Notes: a model not told the origin generated them from the sequence alone. Shown: positions 1 through 8,356, counted from the stretch's first letter. The stretch is DNA of 64,000 nucleotides from an uncultured virus (IMG/VR IMGVR_UViG_3300027608_000026) (IMGVR_UViG_3300027608_000026), one strand, 5' to 3'. Numbers and translations are program-made.

Positions 1-613
1 AAGGTGGTTGGTTAAATTGTCGACCTAGCCACCCTGGCACAACTCGAGAACTCCATTCGATATCATCCTCTTGTCCAAACAGAAGATTTTCATTCATTGG
101 TGTTCCTATCATAACTGATCTACGTGCTACCCAAAAAGATCCTTGTATAGCCATGTAAGGAATAAAACAGTCTATATCCCAGGGAATTGTCATGCAATAA
201 GGTATTTCTGGATATCCAGGAATAGGGCCTGCCCGCCACCCGTTGCATCTTACCGAACCATGCTCTGGTAAGGAAAATGTTTGCTGTACACAAATATCCC
301 AGTCGGTTCCGAATTGTACAAATTCATAATACCAATCTGGATCAAATATATAATAGTCGTGTGTAATTACAACAATTTCATATCGGCTAGTTTTTACTCC
401 TAAGTTCTTTTTTTTGGTTAACCAAGCTGACGGCTTCTGAGTTTCGTCAAACGGAACATGGATTGTATTTTTTCGGTTGACAGTGGTTGTTAATCCACCT
501 ACAATAATAATTTCGTACTGAGGTATTTTGTTACGTTCGATGCTGTCTATTACCTGTAACAGGCTTGCATCGTCTGTGCCTGCGGTGGTAATTATAAAAG
601 AAATGCCGGTCAT
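1..613 (-). CDS. GT2-like glycosyltransferase (runs off window edge)
   Basis: Manual translation MTGISFIITTAG..YEIIIVGG..WLTKKKNLG..VITHDY..GQEDDIEWS; GT-A-like pattern. Confidence 0.6.
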   Translation of the reverse strand, partial: MTGISFIITTAGTDDASLLQVIDSIERNKIPQYEIIIVGGLTTTVNRKNTIHVPFDETQKPSAWLTKKKNLGVKTSRYEIVVITHDYYIFDPDWYYEFVQFGTDWDICVQQTFSLPEHGSVRCNGWRAGPIPGYPEIPYCMTIPWDIDCFIPYMAIQGSFWVARRSVMIGTPMNENLLFGQEDDIEWSSRVVPGWLGRQFNQPP

Positions 614-663
614 TGAGTGGTCCTATAAATAGTTATCTTGGTATTTAATGAATAATTTTACAC

Positions 664-1779
664 ATGGAAATAATTAAACGCAACCAGTGTTTGATCACTG
701 GAACAACTGATATTGAACATATCTACACCTTTAATCAATTCCCAATTTATATGGGATGCACAGATGACCTAGATTCTAGCTCAGACTTGTTTGCTGATAT
801 GAAATGGGGATGTTCTCAAACTTCGGGCAACGTACAATTGATGGAATTGATAAAGCCAGATGTACTGTATAGTCAACATCACAACTCGGGCACCATTGGA
901 GAAATATGGCGACAGCATCATAGAAAGTTTTACGAGTTCATTCGCAAGCATAGATGTTCAAACGCATTAGAAGTGGGCGGGGCCACAGGATCGTTAGCAA
1001 CCTTGTTCTTAGAAAACCATCAAGATATTAAATGGACAGTAATAGAACCATCGTTAAAACTGGCCATCGATGATCCAAGGATTACCTGTATACAAGGGTT
1101 CTTTGAAGATTACAATTTTAATAATACGTTCGATGCAGTAGTACACTCACACTTGTTTGAACACGTATACGATCCTGTTAAGTTCTTGTTAAAGGTAAGA
1201 AGTTTATTAAAAGTAGGTGATAGTCAATTTATAGCGTTACCAAATATGCAATACTGGCTAGCAGAAGGATACAACAGCACACTGACATTTGAACATACTT
1301 ACTATGTAGACGAAGTAGTACTCGAAGCGTTGTTAACGACTGCGGGGTTTATTATAGCAGATAAGGTAGTTGAACCGCATTCTATCTTTATTAAATGTAT
1401 CAAGGTAGGTGGTGGTACTATACCTATTCCTAAACTTGATTATGTCAAAGGTGCATTTTTAAACTATACTGATAAAATGGAAAAAGATGTTGCTAATATA
1501 AACGCACACATTAAAAATAAAAAAATATATTTGTTCGGCGCTCACATATTTTCTCAAACATTACTTAATCTTGGTATCGATGAAAAACAGGTATTGAACA
1601 TATTAGACAACGATACTAAAAAACAGAATAAGAGATTGTATGGTACAAATCTTATTGTAAAACCCCCCAGTTGCCTAGAAGGACTAGACCACCCAGTTGT
1701 TGTTATTAGGAGTGGCATCTATACAGATGAAATTAAAGAAGGCATCTTAAAAATTAATCCAACTGCAATTTTTTATTAA
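664..1779 (+). CDS. SAM-dependent methyltransferase, NDP-sugar C-methyltransferase-like
   Basis: LEVGGATG motif I, SHLFEHV, EHTYY, C-terminal YLFGAH..ILDND..KQNKRLYGT. Confidence 0.75.
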   Translation: MEIIKRNQCLITGTTDIEHIYTFNQFPIYMGCTDDLDSSSDLFADMKWGCSQTSGNVQLMELIKPDVLYSQHHNSGTIGEIWRQHHRKFYEFIRKHRCSNALEVGGATGSLATLFLENHQDIKWTVIEPSLKLAIDDPRITCIQGFFEDYNFNNTFDAVVHSHLFEHVYDPVKFLLKVRSLLKVGDSQFIALPNMQYWLAEGYNSTLTFEHTYYVDEVVLEALLTTAGFIIADKVVEPHSIFIKCIKVGGGTIPIPKLDYVKGAFLNYTDKMEKDVANINAHIKNKKIYLFGAHIFSQTLLNLGIDEKQVLNILDNDTKKQNKRLYGTNLIVKPPSCLEGLDHPVVVIRSGIYTDEIKEGILKINPTAIFY

Positions 1780-2501
1780 TGACTAAAATAAATGTAATCA
1801 TCCCAATGGCCGGAGTCGGCAGTAGGTTTCCAAAAGATCAATACTTGCCCAAGCCACTAATTGATGTTAATGGCAAACCTATGATTGTTAGGGCTATAGA
1901 AAGCCTTGGCATAAGAAATGCCCAATGGCATTTTATTATTCGTAAAGACCACTTTACGGATGCTGTTAAAGATATTATATCTAAGGTTGTTACCGATCCT
2001 AGATTTGTTGAAGTGGAAAAAACTACAGAAGGTCCAGCATGTTCTGCGTTGTTGTTTAAAGATTATATCAACAATGACCAAGAGTTAGTCATTGCCAACT
2101 GCGATCAAATTATGGAATGGAACAGTAATTTATTTTTTCATAATGTGAGATTGTATGATGGTGCAGTTGTTACATATCATAGCGATACTGAAAAAAACAG
2201 TTATGTAAAACTTGACCGAGAGGGTAATGCTGTACAGTTTGCAGAAAAGGAAGTTATCAGTAACGTCAGCCTGAATGGTATCCATTATTGGCATCGAGGC
2301 AGTTACTTTGTTAATAGTGCCGAAGAAATGATCAAAGCAGACGATCGTGCGCCAAACGGAGAATTCTATGTTGCTACTACATATAACTACATGATTAAAG
2401 CAAACAAGTCAGTGGGCATATATCATATACCTAACGAGCAACACCATGCGGTGGGAGTGCCGGTAGACCTAGAAAGATTTTTAAAATATGAAAAAACATA
2501 A
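1779..2501 (+). CDS. Sugar-phosphate nucleotidyltransferase
   Basis: IIPMAGVGSRF..PKPLIDVNGKPMI, ANCDQ, FAEK, NGEFYV. Confidence 0.85.
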   Translation: MTKINVIIPMAGVGSRFPKDQYLPKPLIDVNGKPMIVRAIESLGIRNAQWHFIIRKDHFTDAVKDIISKVVTDPRFVEVEKTTEGPACSALLFKDYINNDQELVIANCDQIMEWNSNLFFHNVRLYDGAVVTYHSDTEKNSYVKLDREGNAVQFAEKEVISNVSLNGIHYWHRGSYFVNSAEEMIKADDRAPNGEFYVATTYNYMIKANKSVGIYHIPNEQHHAVGVPVDLERFLKYEKT

Positions 2502-2811
2502 ACTTAGAGACTTTCATAGAGGGTGGTTCATTGGCAACTTTGATCCTGCCGTATTAAAAACAGAAAATATAGAAGTTGGGGTACTAACACATCTTAAAGG
2601 TGAGCAGTGGCCAAAGCATTATCATGCCATTGCTACCGAATACAATGTATTAGTAAAAGGCCTAATGAGGGTCAACGGAGAAACATTAGTCGAAGGTGAC
2701 GTGTTTATATTTGAACCAGGCGAACCAGCCGATCCGGAATTTTTAGAAGACTGTATTGTTGTGTGCGTCAAATCACCCAGTCTACCAGGAGACAAATATG
2801 AAGTTCTTTAG
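2488..2811 (+). CDS. Cupin-fold protein
   Basis: GWFIGNF, HYH...EYNVLVKG cupin motif. Confidence 0.7.
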   Translation: MKKHKLRDFHRGWFIGNFDPAVLKTENIEVGVLTHLKGEQWPKHYHAIATEYNVLVKGLMRVNGETLVEGDVFIFEPGEPADPEFLEDCIVVCVKSPSLPGDKYEVL

Positions 2812-3991
2812 AACAAGAAATGAAATAGATTTAAACAAATATTATATAGCAACTTTTGAAATGAAGTCTGCTTCTACACTTAAAGATGCCGCATGGAACC
2901 TAGCTATTGGACAAAGTGTAGGTAATCCCAATGTACGTAACGAATGGGAAACCGACGAGCTGTTTGAAAACCATAGTTGTATTATTGTAGGTGACGAAGA
3001 TTGGTTAGAAAATAATGTAGTGGGAAATGTTGAAATTGCATTCCCTGTAGCTAATACAGACTGGGATACTGATGGTATCAGTCACATGCTTTGCCAATTA
3101 ATGGGCGGACACGTCGACATTGATATTATTACTAAATGTCGTTTGATAAAATTAGAGTTGCCCAAAACAGTAACTGACCATTTCCTTGGACCTAAGTTTG
3201 GTTTAAGCGGGTTCCGTGAGTTTACAGGACAATATAATAAGCCGTTGCTCGGTAGTATTGTTAAGCCTAAAATTGGCATTACTCCTGAAGTATTGCTAGA
3301 GATGGTTAAACAAATGGTAGACGGTGGGGTTGATTTTATCAAAGAAGATGAAATTATGAGTAACCCTGCGTGTGCCCCATTAGATCGCAGAGTAGACATC
3401 ATTGCCAACTACCTTGCTAAACAAAGTCGTAAGGTTGTGTTCTGTCATACCATTAATGCAGACCCGCATGTTATTGTAGATCGTGTAAATCGTGTACACG
3501 AACTAGGAGGCAACGGTGTACATATTAATGTGTTCAGCGGACTTGGTGTTTATAACAGTATTCGTAAAATGAATCTACCTTTGTTCCTGCATTTTCAAAA
3601 ATCTGGTGATAAAGTGTTCACAGATAAAAATCATAGGTTTAGCATAGCTTGGACTGTGATTTGTCAATTAGCAACAATGATGGGTGTAGACACCATACAA
3701 ACTGGAATGATGGGCGGATATAGTAACGACGACCCTGAAGAAATTAAACAATGCCTTGAAATACTACGGGCAGGAAATACCACTCCTGCATTGAGTTGCG
3801 GATTTCATCCTGGACTTGTAGAAAAAATTAATTCACTTGCGGGTACGGACTATCTTGCTAACGCAGGAGGGGCTGTACACGGTCACCCTGGCGGAACTAT
3901 TGCAGGTGCGGGTGCAATGCGACAAGCCATAAATAGAGAATATAGCGTTGAATATCATCAGGCTATCTCTAAATGGGGTCTTATTACATAA
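2798..3991 (+). CDS. RuBisCO-like protein (form IV, large-subunit family)
   Basis: GPKFG, PLLGSIVKPKIG, GGVDFIKEDE, GGAVHGHPGG..AGAGAMRQA; SD GGAG. Confidence 0.9.
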   Translation: MKFFRTRNEIDLNKYYIATFEMKSASTLKDAAWNLAIGQSVGNPNVRNEWETDELFENHSCIIVGDEDWLENNVVGNVEIAFPVANTDWDTDGISHMLCQLMGGHVDIDIITKCRLIKLELPKTVTDHFLGPKFGLSGFREFTGQYNKPLLGSIVKPKIGITPEVLLEMVKQMVDGGVDFIKEDEIMSNPACAPLDRRVDIIANYLAKQSRKVVFCHTINADPHVIVDRVNRVHELGGNGVHINVFSGLGVYNSIRKMNLPLFLHFQKSGDKVFTDKNHRFSIAWTVICQLATMMGVDTIQTGMMGGYSNDDPEEIKQCLEILRAGNTTPALSCGFHPGLVEKINSLAGTDYLANAGGAVHGHPGGTIAGAGAMRQAINREYSVEYHQAISKWGLIT

Positions 3992-4692
3992 TGAAAATTG
4001 CAATCGTGATGACTGGGCATGTAAAGGGTTGGAAGAAAACTTATGAAGGTTTACAAAACTGTGTTCTAGGTCATCATGATGTTGACCTGTATATAAGCAC
4101 ATGGGACGTAGATAATGCCGGACGAAACGGCGATAAAGATAAGTTTCCCGCAGTTGAAATTGATCCTGTTATAGAACTATACAAACCTAAAAAATATTGT
4201 ATAGAAAATCATACCAAATACCACGAAAATAGATTTCCTACAATAAGTTTTGAAGATAGAGATGATGATGTGTTCAAAGTTGACGGACATGCAAAAGGCC
4301 ACGGCTCATATTGGGTTGAAAGAATGCGTGACATGTGGTACATTATTAAACAAGGGTATCTATTAATAGACAACCCGGAAGAATACGATCTAATTATGAG
4401 ACTGAGATTTGACATAGTGTTTACCAATATTGTTTTTCAATCAACAGATGTTCCGATTTTTTTATGGGTTAACCCAGAAAAAAAACACGTTTTTGATTTA
4501 TTTGGTTACGGTCCGCCAGATGCCATGAAAATATATTTCCATGTATTTGATCACATAGAGTCTATGTACAGAAATGACAATGTAAATATTGCACACTCAG
4601 ATGAAATGCTGGGCAAGTACCTAATGACCTATAATAATATCATGCCTAAACACGATCAATCTATTACACATATCGGAGCGTGGTCTAATTGA
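3991..4692 (+). CDS. Putative glycosyltransferase-like protein
   Basis: MKIAIVMTGH..ISTWD..YDLIMRLRFD pattern typical of polysaccharide loci. Confidence 0.5.
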   Translation: MKIAIVMTGHVKGWKKTYEGLQNCVLGHHDVDLYISTWDVDNAGRNGDKDKFPAVEIDPVIELYKPKKYCIENHTKYHENRFPTISFEDRDDDVFKVDGHAKGHGSYWVERMRDMWYIIKQGYLLIDNPEEYDLIMRLRFDIVFTNIVFQSTDVPIFLWVNPEKKHVFDLFGYGPPDAMKIYFHVFDHIESMYRNDNVNIAHSDEMLGKYLMTYNNIMPKHDQSITHIGAWSN

Positions 4693-5144
4693 AATTAATT
4701 GCCCATCGAGGACTTGTTAACGGTCCAAACAAAACTTTAGAAAACCAACCTCATAACATACGATCTACATTAGATCAAGGGTACGACTGTGAAATTGACC
4801 TTTGGGTGTTCGGTGATCGATTGTATCTAGGACACGACGGTCCACAATACAATGTTACAAACGAATTCATAGCCAATCCTAAGTTATGGATACACGCTAA
4901 GAATCTTGAAGCCTTCTATTGGCTTACTGACACACAGTTAACATATTTCTGGCATGAAAACGATAAGTTTACGCTTACCAGTAATGGATACATTTGGTCG
5001 TACCCTGAGCAGGGTCTTACAAACAAAAGTATACGACTAATGCCCGAATGGGCAGATCCGGAGTTGACAACAGTAAAAGAGAGTGTATGCTATGGAGTGT
5101 GTAGTGATTACATTCTAAAAATAAATCAGCTACTTAGTGGCTAA
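4689..5144 (+). CDS. Glycerophosphodiester phosphodiesterase-like protein
   Basis: LIAHRG, EN, CEIDLW, LGHD, WIHAKN, GVCSDY. Confidence 0.75.
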   Translation: MKLIAHRGLVNGPNKTLENQPHNIRSTLDQGYDCEIDLWVFGDRLYLGHDGPQYNVTNEFIANPKLWIHAKNLEAFYWLTDTQLTYFWHENDKFTLTSNGYIWSYPEQGLTNKSIRLMPEWADPELTTVKESVCYGVCSDYILKINQLLSG

Positions 5145-5256
5145 TTTACAACACCACTGGGGTTGACAGAGATAAATAAACACTATATAATAAATACTTA
5201 GACGGTTAGGAAAGTAAGTTGTTAAAAACTATTTTGTTCAAAAGAGCAAATAGGGG

Positions 5257-5285
5257 TTGACAACAGAACTAAATAACTGTATAAT
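5257..5285 (+). promoter_or_regulatory. sigma70-type promoter for leader/tRNA array
   Basis: TTGACA-N17-TATAAT; a second TTGACA..TATAAT at 5164-5191. Confidence 0.85.
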
Positions 5286-5340
5286 TAACACATAGACAGC
5301 AATAATGCTGTTTGTGAATTTAAGGAAATTGGAAACAAAA

Positions 5341-5487
5341 ATGCAATCATTTGTAAGTCATCAGCAATTTAATACGATGCCCAAACTGGCAGGTGTAATA
5401 GCCTGTTCTTGGTTATCGATTAATGGCGGAAGTCTATCATATGATCGTACACCAGAGATTCGCAGGGTCCGGAGGACTGTCGTGTAA
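5341..5487 (+). CDS. Putative attenuator leader peptide (48 aa)
   Basis: MQSFVSHQQFNTMPKLAGVIACSWLSINGGSLSYDRTPEIRRVRRTVV; stop lies within hairpin 5464-5521. Confidence 0.65.
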   Translation: MQSFVSHQQFNTMPKLAGVIACSWLSINGGSLSYDRTPEIRRVRRTVV

Positions 5488-5515
5488 CACACAAGTTAAC
5501 ACAACAAACTTCAAG

Positions 5516-5546
5516 GACCCTAGGATTAAAAACCCTGGGGTTTTTT
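5516..5546 (+). terminator. Intrinsic terminator (attenuator)
   Basis: GACCCTAGG/CCTGGGGTT stem followed by T-run. Confidence 0.8.
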
Positions 5547-5563
5547 GTTTTCCGCAAGGAAAG

Positions 5564-5734
5564 ATGACAGAAATAGACATACGAAAACGTATTAAAGAAG
5601 CAGAGTTTACTAGACAGCATACTATTAGTCCAGAACAATTTAAAAAATTGATCGAAGACAAAATGGCTCGTGCTAAACAGTACAGCAATGCAAGGTGCAA
5701 CAAAGTGGAAACGAGGTCCACGCAACACACCTAA
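5564..5734 (+). CDS. Hypothetical protein (56 aa)
   Basis: SD AAGGA; MTEIDIRKRIKEAEF.. Confidence 0.5.
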   Translation: MTEIDIRKRIKEAEFTRQHTISPEQFKKLIEDKMARAKQYSNARCNKVETRSTQHT

Positions 5735-5928
5735 ACTAGTTGCAAACGGGCGGCGTACCGGATGGCTTATCCTTATGTGGATAAAAAAATGGTTACGTAT
5801 TAAAGCATTCTCTATCCTCCACAAGAGGTGACAAGTGGGTTCATCCATGTAGAGTGCTTTAATACACACATTCTATTTCACCTTTTGACGGTGTCAAAAC
5901 GCATAGCGGAGAGTGTGTAACAATTTTG

Positions 5929-6016
5929 GGAGCCTGTTCCCCTCAGCGGACTGTAAATCCGTTGCCTTTAATTGGGGGGTGGCTGGCGGATGGTTCGATT
6001 CCTTCAGGCTCCACCA
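5929..6016 (+). tRNA. tRNA-Tyr(GTA), reduced D-arm
   Basis: GGAGCCT/AGGCTCC-ACCA, loop CTGTAAA, TTCGATT. Confidence 0.75.
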
Positions 6017-6022
6017 AGTTAT

Positions 6023-6097
6023 GCCGTTGTAGTCCTCTGGGAGGGCACTGGATTGTCTATCCAATTAAGGCGGGTTCGATTCCCGTCGACGGCGCCA
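6023..6097 (+). tRNA. tRNA-Asp(GTC)
   Basis: loop TTGTCTA, GTTCGATTC, GCCA. Confidence 0.8.
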
Positions 6098-6104
6098 ATT
6101 TTAT

Positions 6105-6180
6105 TCCCCAGTAGCACAGCGGTAGTTGCACTTGACTGTTAATCAAGGTGTCGGTAGTTCGATCCTACCCTGGGGAGCCA
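6105..6180 (+). tRNA. tRNA-Asn(GTT)
   Basis: loop CTGTTAA, cloverleaf, GCCA. Confidence 0.9.
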
Positions 6181-6260
6181 ATTAATAAACATATTAGACG
6201 TCTGGCTAGTCCTTGGAGGCTAGTGGAATGTAGTTCTCCGGGCTAGTATGTTTTTTAATT

Positions 6261-6336
6261 GGGCTGGTAGTGATACTGGGGTACACGGGGCACTTGCAAT
6301 GCTCAGATTGGAGTTCGATCCTCCACCGGTCCACCA
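6261..6336 (+). tRNA. tRNA-Ala(TGC)
   Basis: loop CTTGCAA, G3:U70, ACCA. Confidence 0.9.
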
Positions 6337-6343
6337 AGTTAAT

Positions 6344-6429
6344 GGATAGTTGTGCGCTGGGCGCAAGCTGGTTTGCTAAACCGGTCTATTGTGAAAACGG
6401 TAACAGTTCGATTCTGTATCTATCCACCA
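6344..6429 (+). tRNA. tRNA-Ser(GCT), atypical
   Basis: loop TTGCTAA, long V-arm, short D-arm, ACCA. Confidence 0.7.
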
Positions 6430-6435
6430 GTTTGT

Positions 6436-6511
6436 TGCGGGTAAGGTCTGGTCACTACTCCGGTCTCATAAGCCAGGAGCATCGTTGGTTCGAATCCAAC
6501 ACCCGCTACCA
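6436..6511 (+). tRNA. tRNA-Met(CAT), initiator-like
   Basis: loop CTCATAA, 1:72 mismatch. Confidence 0.7.
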
Positions 6512-6516
6512 ATTTT

Positions 6517-6579
6517 AGGATCAGTTCAGCAAACTTAAAAACTTTTTTATTATTCAAAAAAACCAAAGTTGATCCTGTT
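6517..6579 (+). ncRNA. CAGCAA-scaffold RNA copy 1
   Basis: AGGATC/GATCCT-GTT closing helix, GTTCAGCAA. Confidence 0.6.
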
Positions 6580-6585
6580 GTATTT

Positions 6586-6659
6586 CCTCTTGTAGTTAAA
6601 TGGTATAACAGTCGGCTGATAACCGGCCATTACAAGTTCGATTCTTGTCGAGAGGACCA
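6586..6659 (+). tRNA. tRNA-Ile(GAT)
   Basis: loop CTGATAA. Confidence 0.9.
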
Positions 6660-6667
6660 ATTTTTAT

Positions 6668-6745
6668 GTAGGTGTGGCGGAGTGGCCCAACGCAACGGTC
6701 TGCAAAATCGTAAAACCGTCAGTTCAAATCTGACCACCTACTCCA
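6668..6745 (+). tRNA. tRNA-Cys(GCA)
   Basis: loop CTGCAAA, U73 discriminator. Confidence 0.9.
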
Positions 6746-6752
6746 AGTTAAT

Positions 6753-6829
6753 GCTCCGGTAGTGTAGCGGTTTATCACGCAACCCTGTCACGGTTGAGGT
6801 CACGGGTTCGATTCCCGTCCGGGGCGCCA
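6753..6829 (+). tRNA. tRNA-Asp(GTC)
   Basis: loop CTGTCAC. Confidence 0.92.
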
Positions 6830-6834
6830 GTTTT

Positions 6835-6897
6835 AGGATCAGTTCAGCAAACTTAAGCAACTTTCTTTTATCCAGAAACTAAAAAGTTGATCCTGTT
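6835..6897 (+). ncRNA. CAGCAA-scaffold RNA copy 2
   Basis: Ends near-identical to 6517-6579, different internal hairpin. Confidence 0.6.
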
Positions 6898-6904
6898 GTA
6901 TTTT

Positions 6905-6979
6905 ACTCACGTCGTCTAGTGGCTAGGACGCTACCCTTTCAAGGTGGAGAAGCGGGATCGATACCCGTCGTGAGTACCA
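6905..6979 (+). tRNA. tRNA-Glu(TTC)
   Basis: loop CTTTCAA; T-loop ATCGATA. Confidence 0.85.
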
Positions 6980-6985
6980 ATTTTT

Positions 6986-7059
6986 GCCCTTTTAGTTAAA
7001 TGGTATAACAACTGTTTTGTAATCAGTAATTGGCAGTTCGATTCTGTCATGGGGCACCA
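6986..7059 (+). tRNA. tRNA-Thr(TGT)
   Basis: loop TTTGTAA. Confidence 0.9.
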
Positions 7060-7065
7060 ATTTAT

Positions 7066-7140
7066 GTATCCTTAGTGTTAACGGCAGCACGACAGTCTCC
7101 AAAACTGCTAGTGGGAGTTCAAATCTCTCAGGGTACGCCA
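7066..7140 (+). tRNA. tRNA-Trp(CCA)
   Basis: loop CTCCAAA. Confidence 0.9.
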
Positions 7141-7145
7141 TTTTT

Positions 7146-7203
7146 AGGTTGCGTTCAGCAAATTCAAAAATTCAACTTTTAATTGAAAAATAAGCAACCT
7201 GTT
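7146..7203 (+). ncRNA. CAGCAA-scaffold RNA copy 3 with Lys(TTT)-like anticodon stem-loop
   Basis: AGGTTGC/GCAACCT-GTT; TTCAA-CTTTTAA-TTGAA at 7171-7187. Confidence 0.65.
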
Positions 7204-7210
7204 ATTTTGT

Positions 7211-7284
7211 TGGGGCATTGTGTAATGGTAGCACAACAGACTTTGACTCTGTTAGTTTAGGTTCGATCCCTAATGCCCCTGCCA
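7211..7284 (+). tRNA. tRNA-Gln(TTG)
   Basis: loop CTTTGAC. Confidence 0.9.
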
Positions 7285-7291
7285 GTTTTAT

Positions 7292-7367
7292 CTCTCTTTC
7301 GGTTAGCGGCTATGCCACCTGGTTTGGGGCCAGGATTTCGTGGGTTCGAGTCCCACAGGAGAGACCA
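7292..7367 (+). tRNA. tRNA-Pro(TGG)
   Basis: CCTGG-TTTGGGG-CCAGG. Confidence 0.85.
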
Positions 7368-7375
7368 AGTTCTAT

Positions 7376-7451
7376 GGTGTTAGTAGTGTAGTGGTCTGCA
7401 CATTGCTCTGTGAAAGCGATAGTATGGGATCGTTCCCCATCTAACACCCCA
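7376..7451 (+). tRNA. tRNA-His(GTG)
   Basis: G-1:C73, loop CTGTGAA. Confidence 0.85.
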
Positions 7452-7462
7452 ATAAGTTTTAT

Positions 7463-7538
7463 GCCAAGATAGCTCATCAGGTAGAGCACCAGTTTGAAGC
7501 ATTGGGTGTGGTTGGTTCGAGTCCAACTCTTGGTACCA
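7463..7538 (+). tRNA. tRNA-Phe(GAA)
   Basis: loop TTGAAGC. Confidence 0.85.
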
Positions 7539-7543
7539 GTTTT

Positions 7544-7657
7544 AGGATAGGTTCAGCAAATAACTTAACTACTTCTCTTGAAAAGAAAAGGAACGGTTCG
7601 ACTCCGTAGCCGCAAGGTTTGGTGTAACGGTAGCACTATGTTAAAAACTATCCTGTT
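7544..7657 (+). ncRNA. CAGCAA-scaffold RNA carrying a circularly permuted tRNA mimic (YrlA-like order)
   Basis: Anticodon arm(TGA), T-arm, GCAA-capped stem, D-arm inside AGGATAG/CTATCCT. Confidence 0.7.
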
Positions 7658-7675
7658 ATTTTAAAAGGAAATCAA

Positions 7676-7804
7676 ATGGCAAATGTCAAAAAAGGTAACC
7701 TAACAGCGCCTCCACAATGGTGGAAGCATTTGAAAGATTGGAAACGAGTGTTCTGGAAATCAGAACGCCAAGCACAGAAACGTAACATTAAACAAGGAGA
7801 ATGA
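7676..7804 (+). CDS. Small basic Trp-rich protein (42 aa)
   Basis: SD AAGGA; MANVKKGNLTAPPQWWKHLKDWKRVFWKSERQAQKRNIKQGE. Confidence 0.6.
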   Translation: MANVKKGNLTAPPQWWKHLKDWKRVFWKSERQAQKRNIKQGE

Positions 7805-7891
7805 CATGAAACGTTCAGGTAAACGATAGTGTCATCCTAGACCCCCGTATGGTCCTGGATGGCACGTGAAAGACAATTCTTTACGATCCAT

Positions 7892-7967
7892 CCACAGCTG
7901 GCGTTAACGGTAGCGTACTCGGCTCTTAACCGATGAGGTGTCAGTTCAAATCTGACGCTGTGGACCA
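7892..7967 (+). tRNA. tRNA-Lys(CTT)
   Basis: loop CTCTTAA. Confidence 0.85.
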
Positions 7968-7970
7968 TAT

Positions 7971-8044
7971 GGGGGTAAAACTTTAAGGTGAAGTACCGGA
8001 CTTTTAATCCGGCTAACTCGGATCGTTACCGAGTACCCCTACCA
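7971..8044 (+). tRNA. tRNA-Lys(TTT)
   Basis: loop CTTTTAA; T-loop ATCGTTA. Confidence 0.85.
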
Positions 8045-8200
8045 TATAAAAACACACTGGTCTACCGCCACCGAGAGGTAGTTAAAGACAATGACAAGCA
8101 ACAGCCAGTGTGTTTCTATATGGTGACTATATAAAAACACGCTCGCGGCTCCCGGGGCTGGGGGTACGTTGTACGACTACCCTAGAGTGTGTTTCTATAT

Positions 8201-8276
8201 GGTAACGTAGCATAGTGGCTAATGCACCACCTTCATACGGTGTTTATCGTGAGTTCGAGTCTCACCGTTACTACCA
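8201..8276 (+). tRNA. tRNA-Met or Ile2(CAT)
   Basis: loop TTCATAC. Confidence 0.85.
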
Positions 8277-8281
8277 ATTTT

Positions 8282-8356
8282 GCCCCTTTCGTATAATGGA
8301 TAATACACTAGGCTACGAACCTGGGAATGGTGGTTCGATTCCATCAGGGGGCACCA
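8282..8356 (+). tRNA. tRNA-Arg(ACG)
   Basis: loop CTACGAA. Confidence 0.9.

Noticed and set aside
2798..3991. True CO2-fixing RuBisCO
   Set aside because: KEDE motif, ~397 aa length, no small subunit or phosphoribulokinase, and a sugar-gene context point to form IV.
5305..5340. Upstream ATG start for the leader peptide
   Set aside because: No SD before it and it sits in a 5' hairpin (ACAGC/GCTGT); 5341 is preferred, though not excluded.
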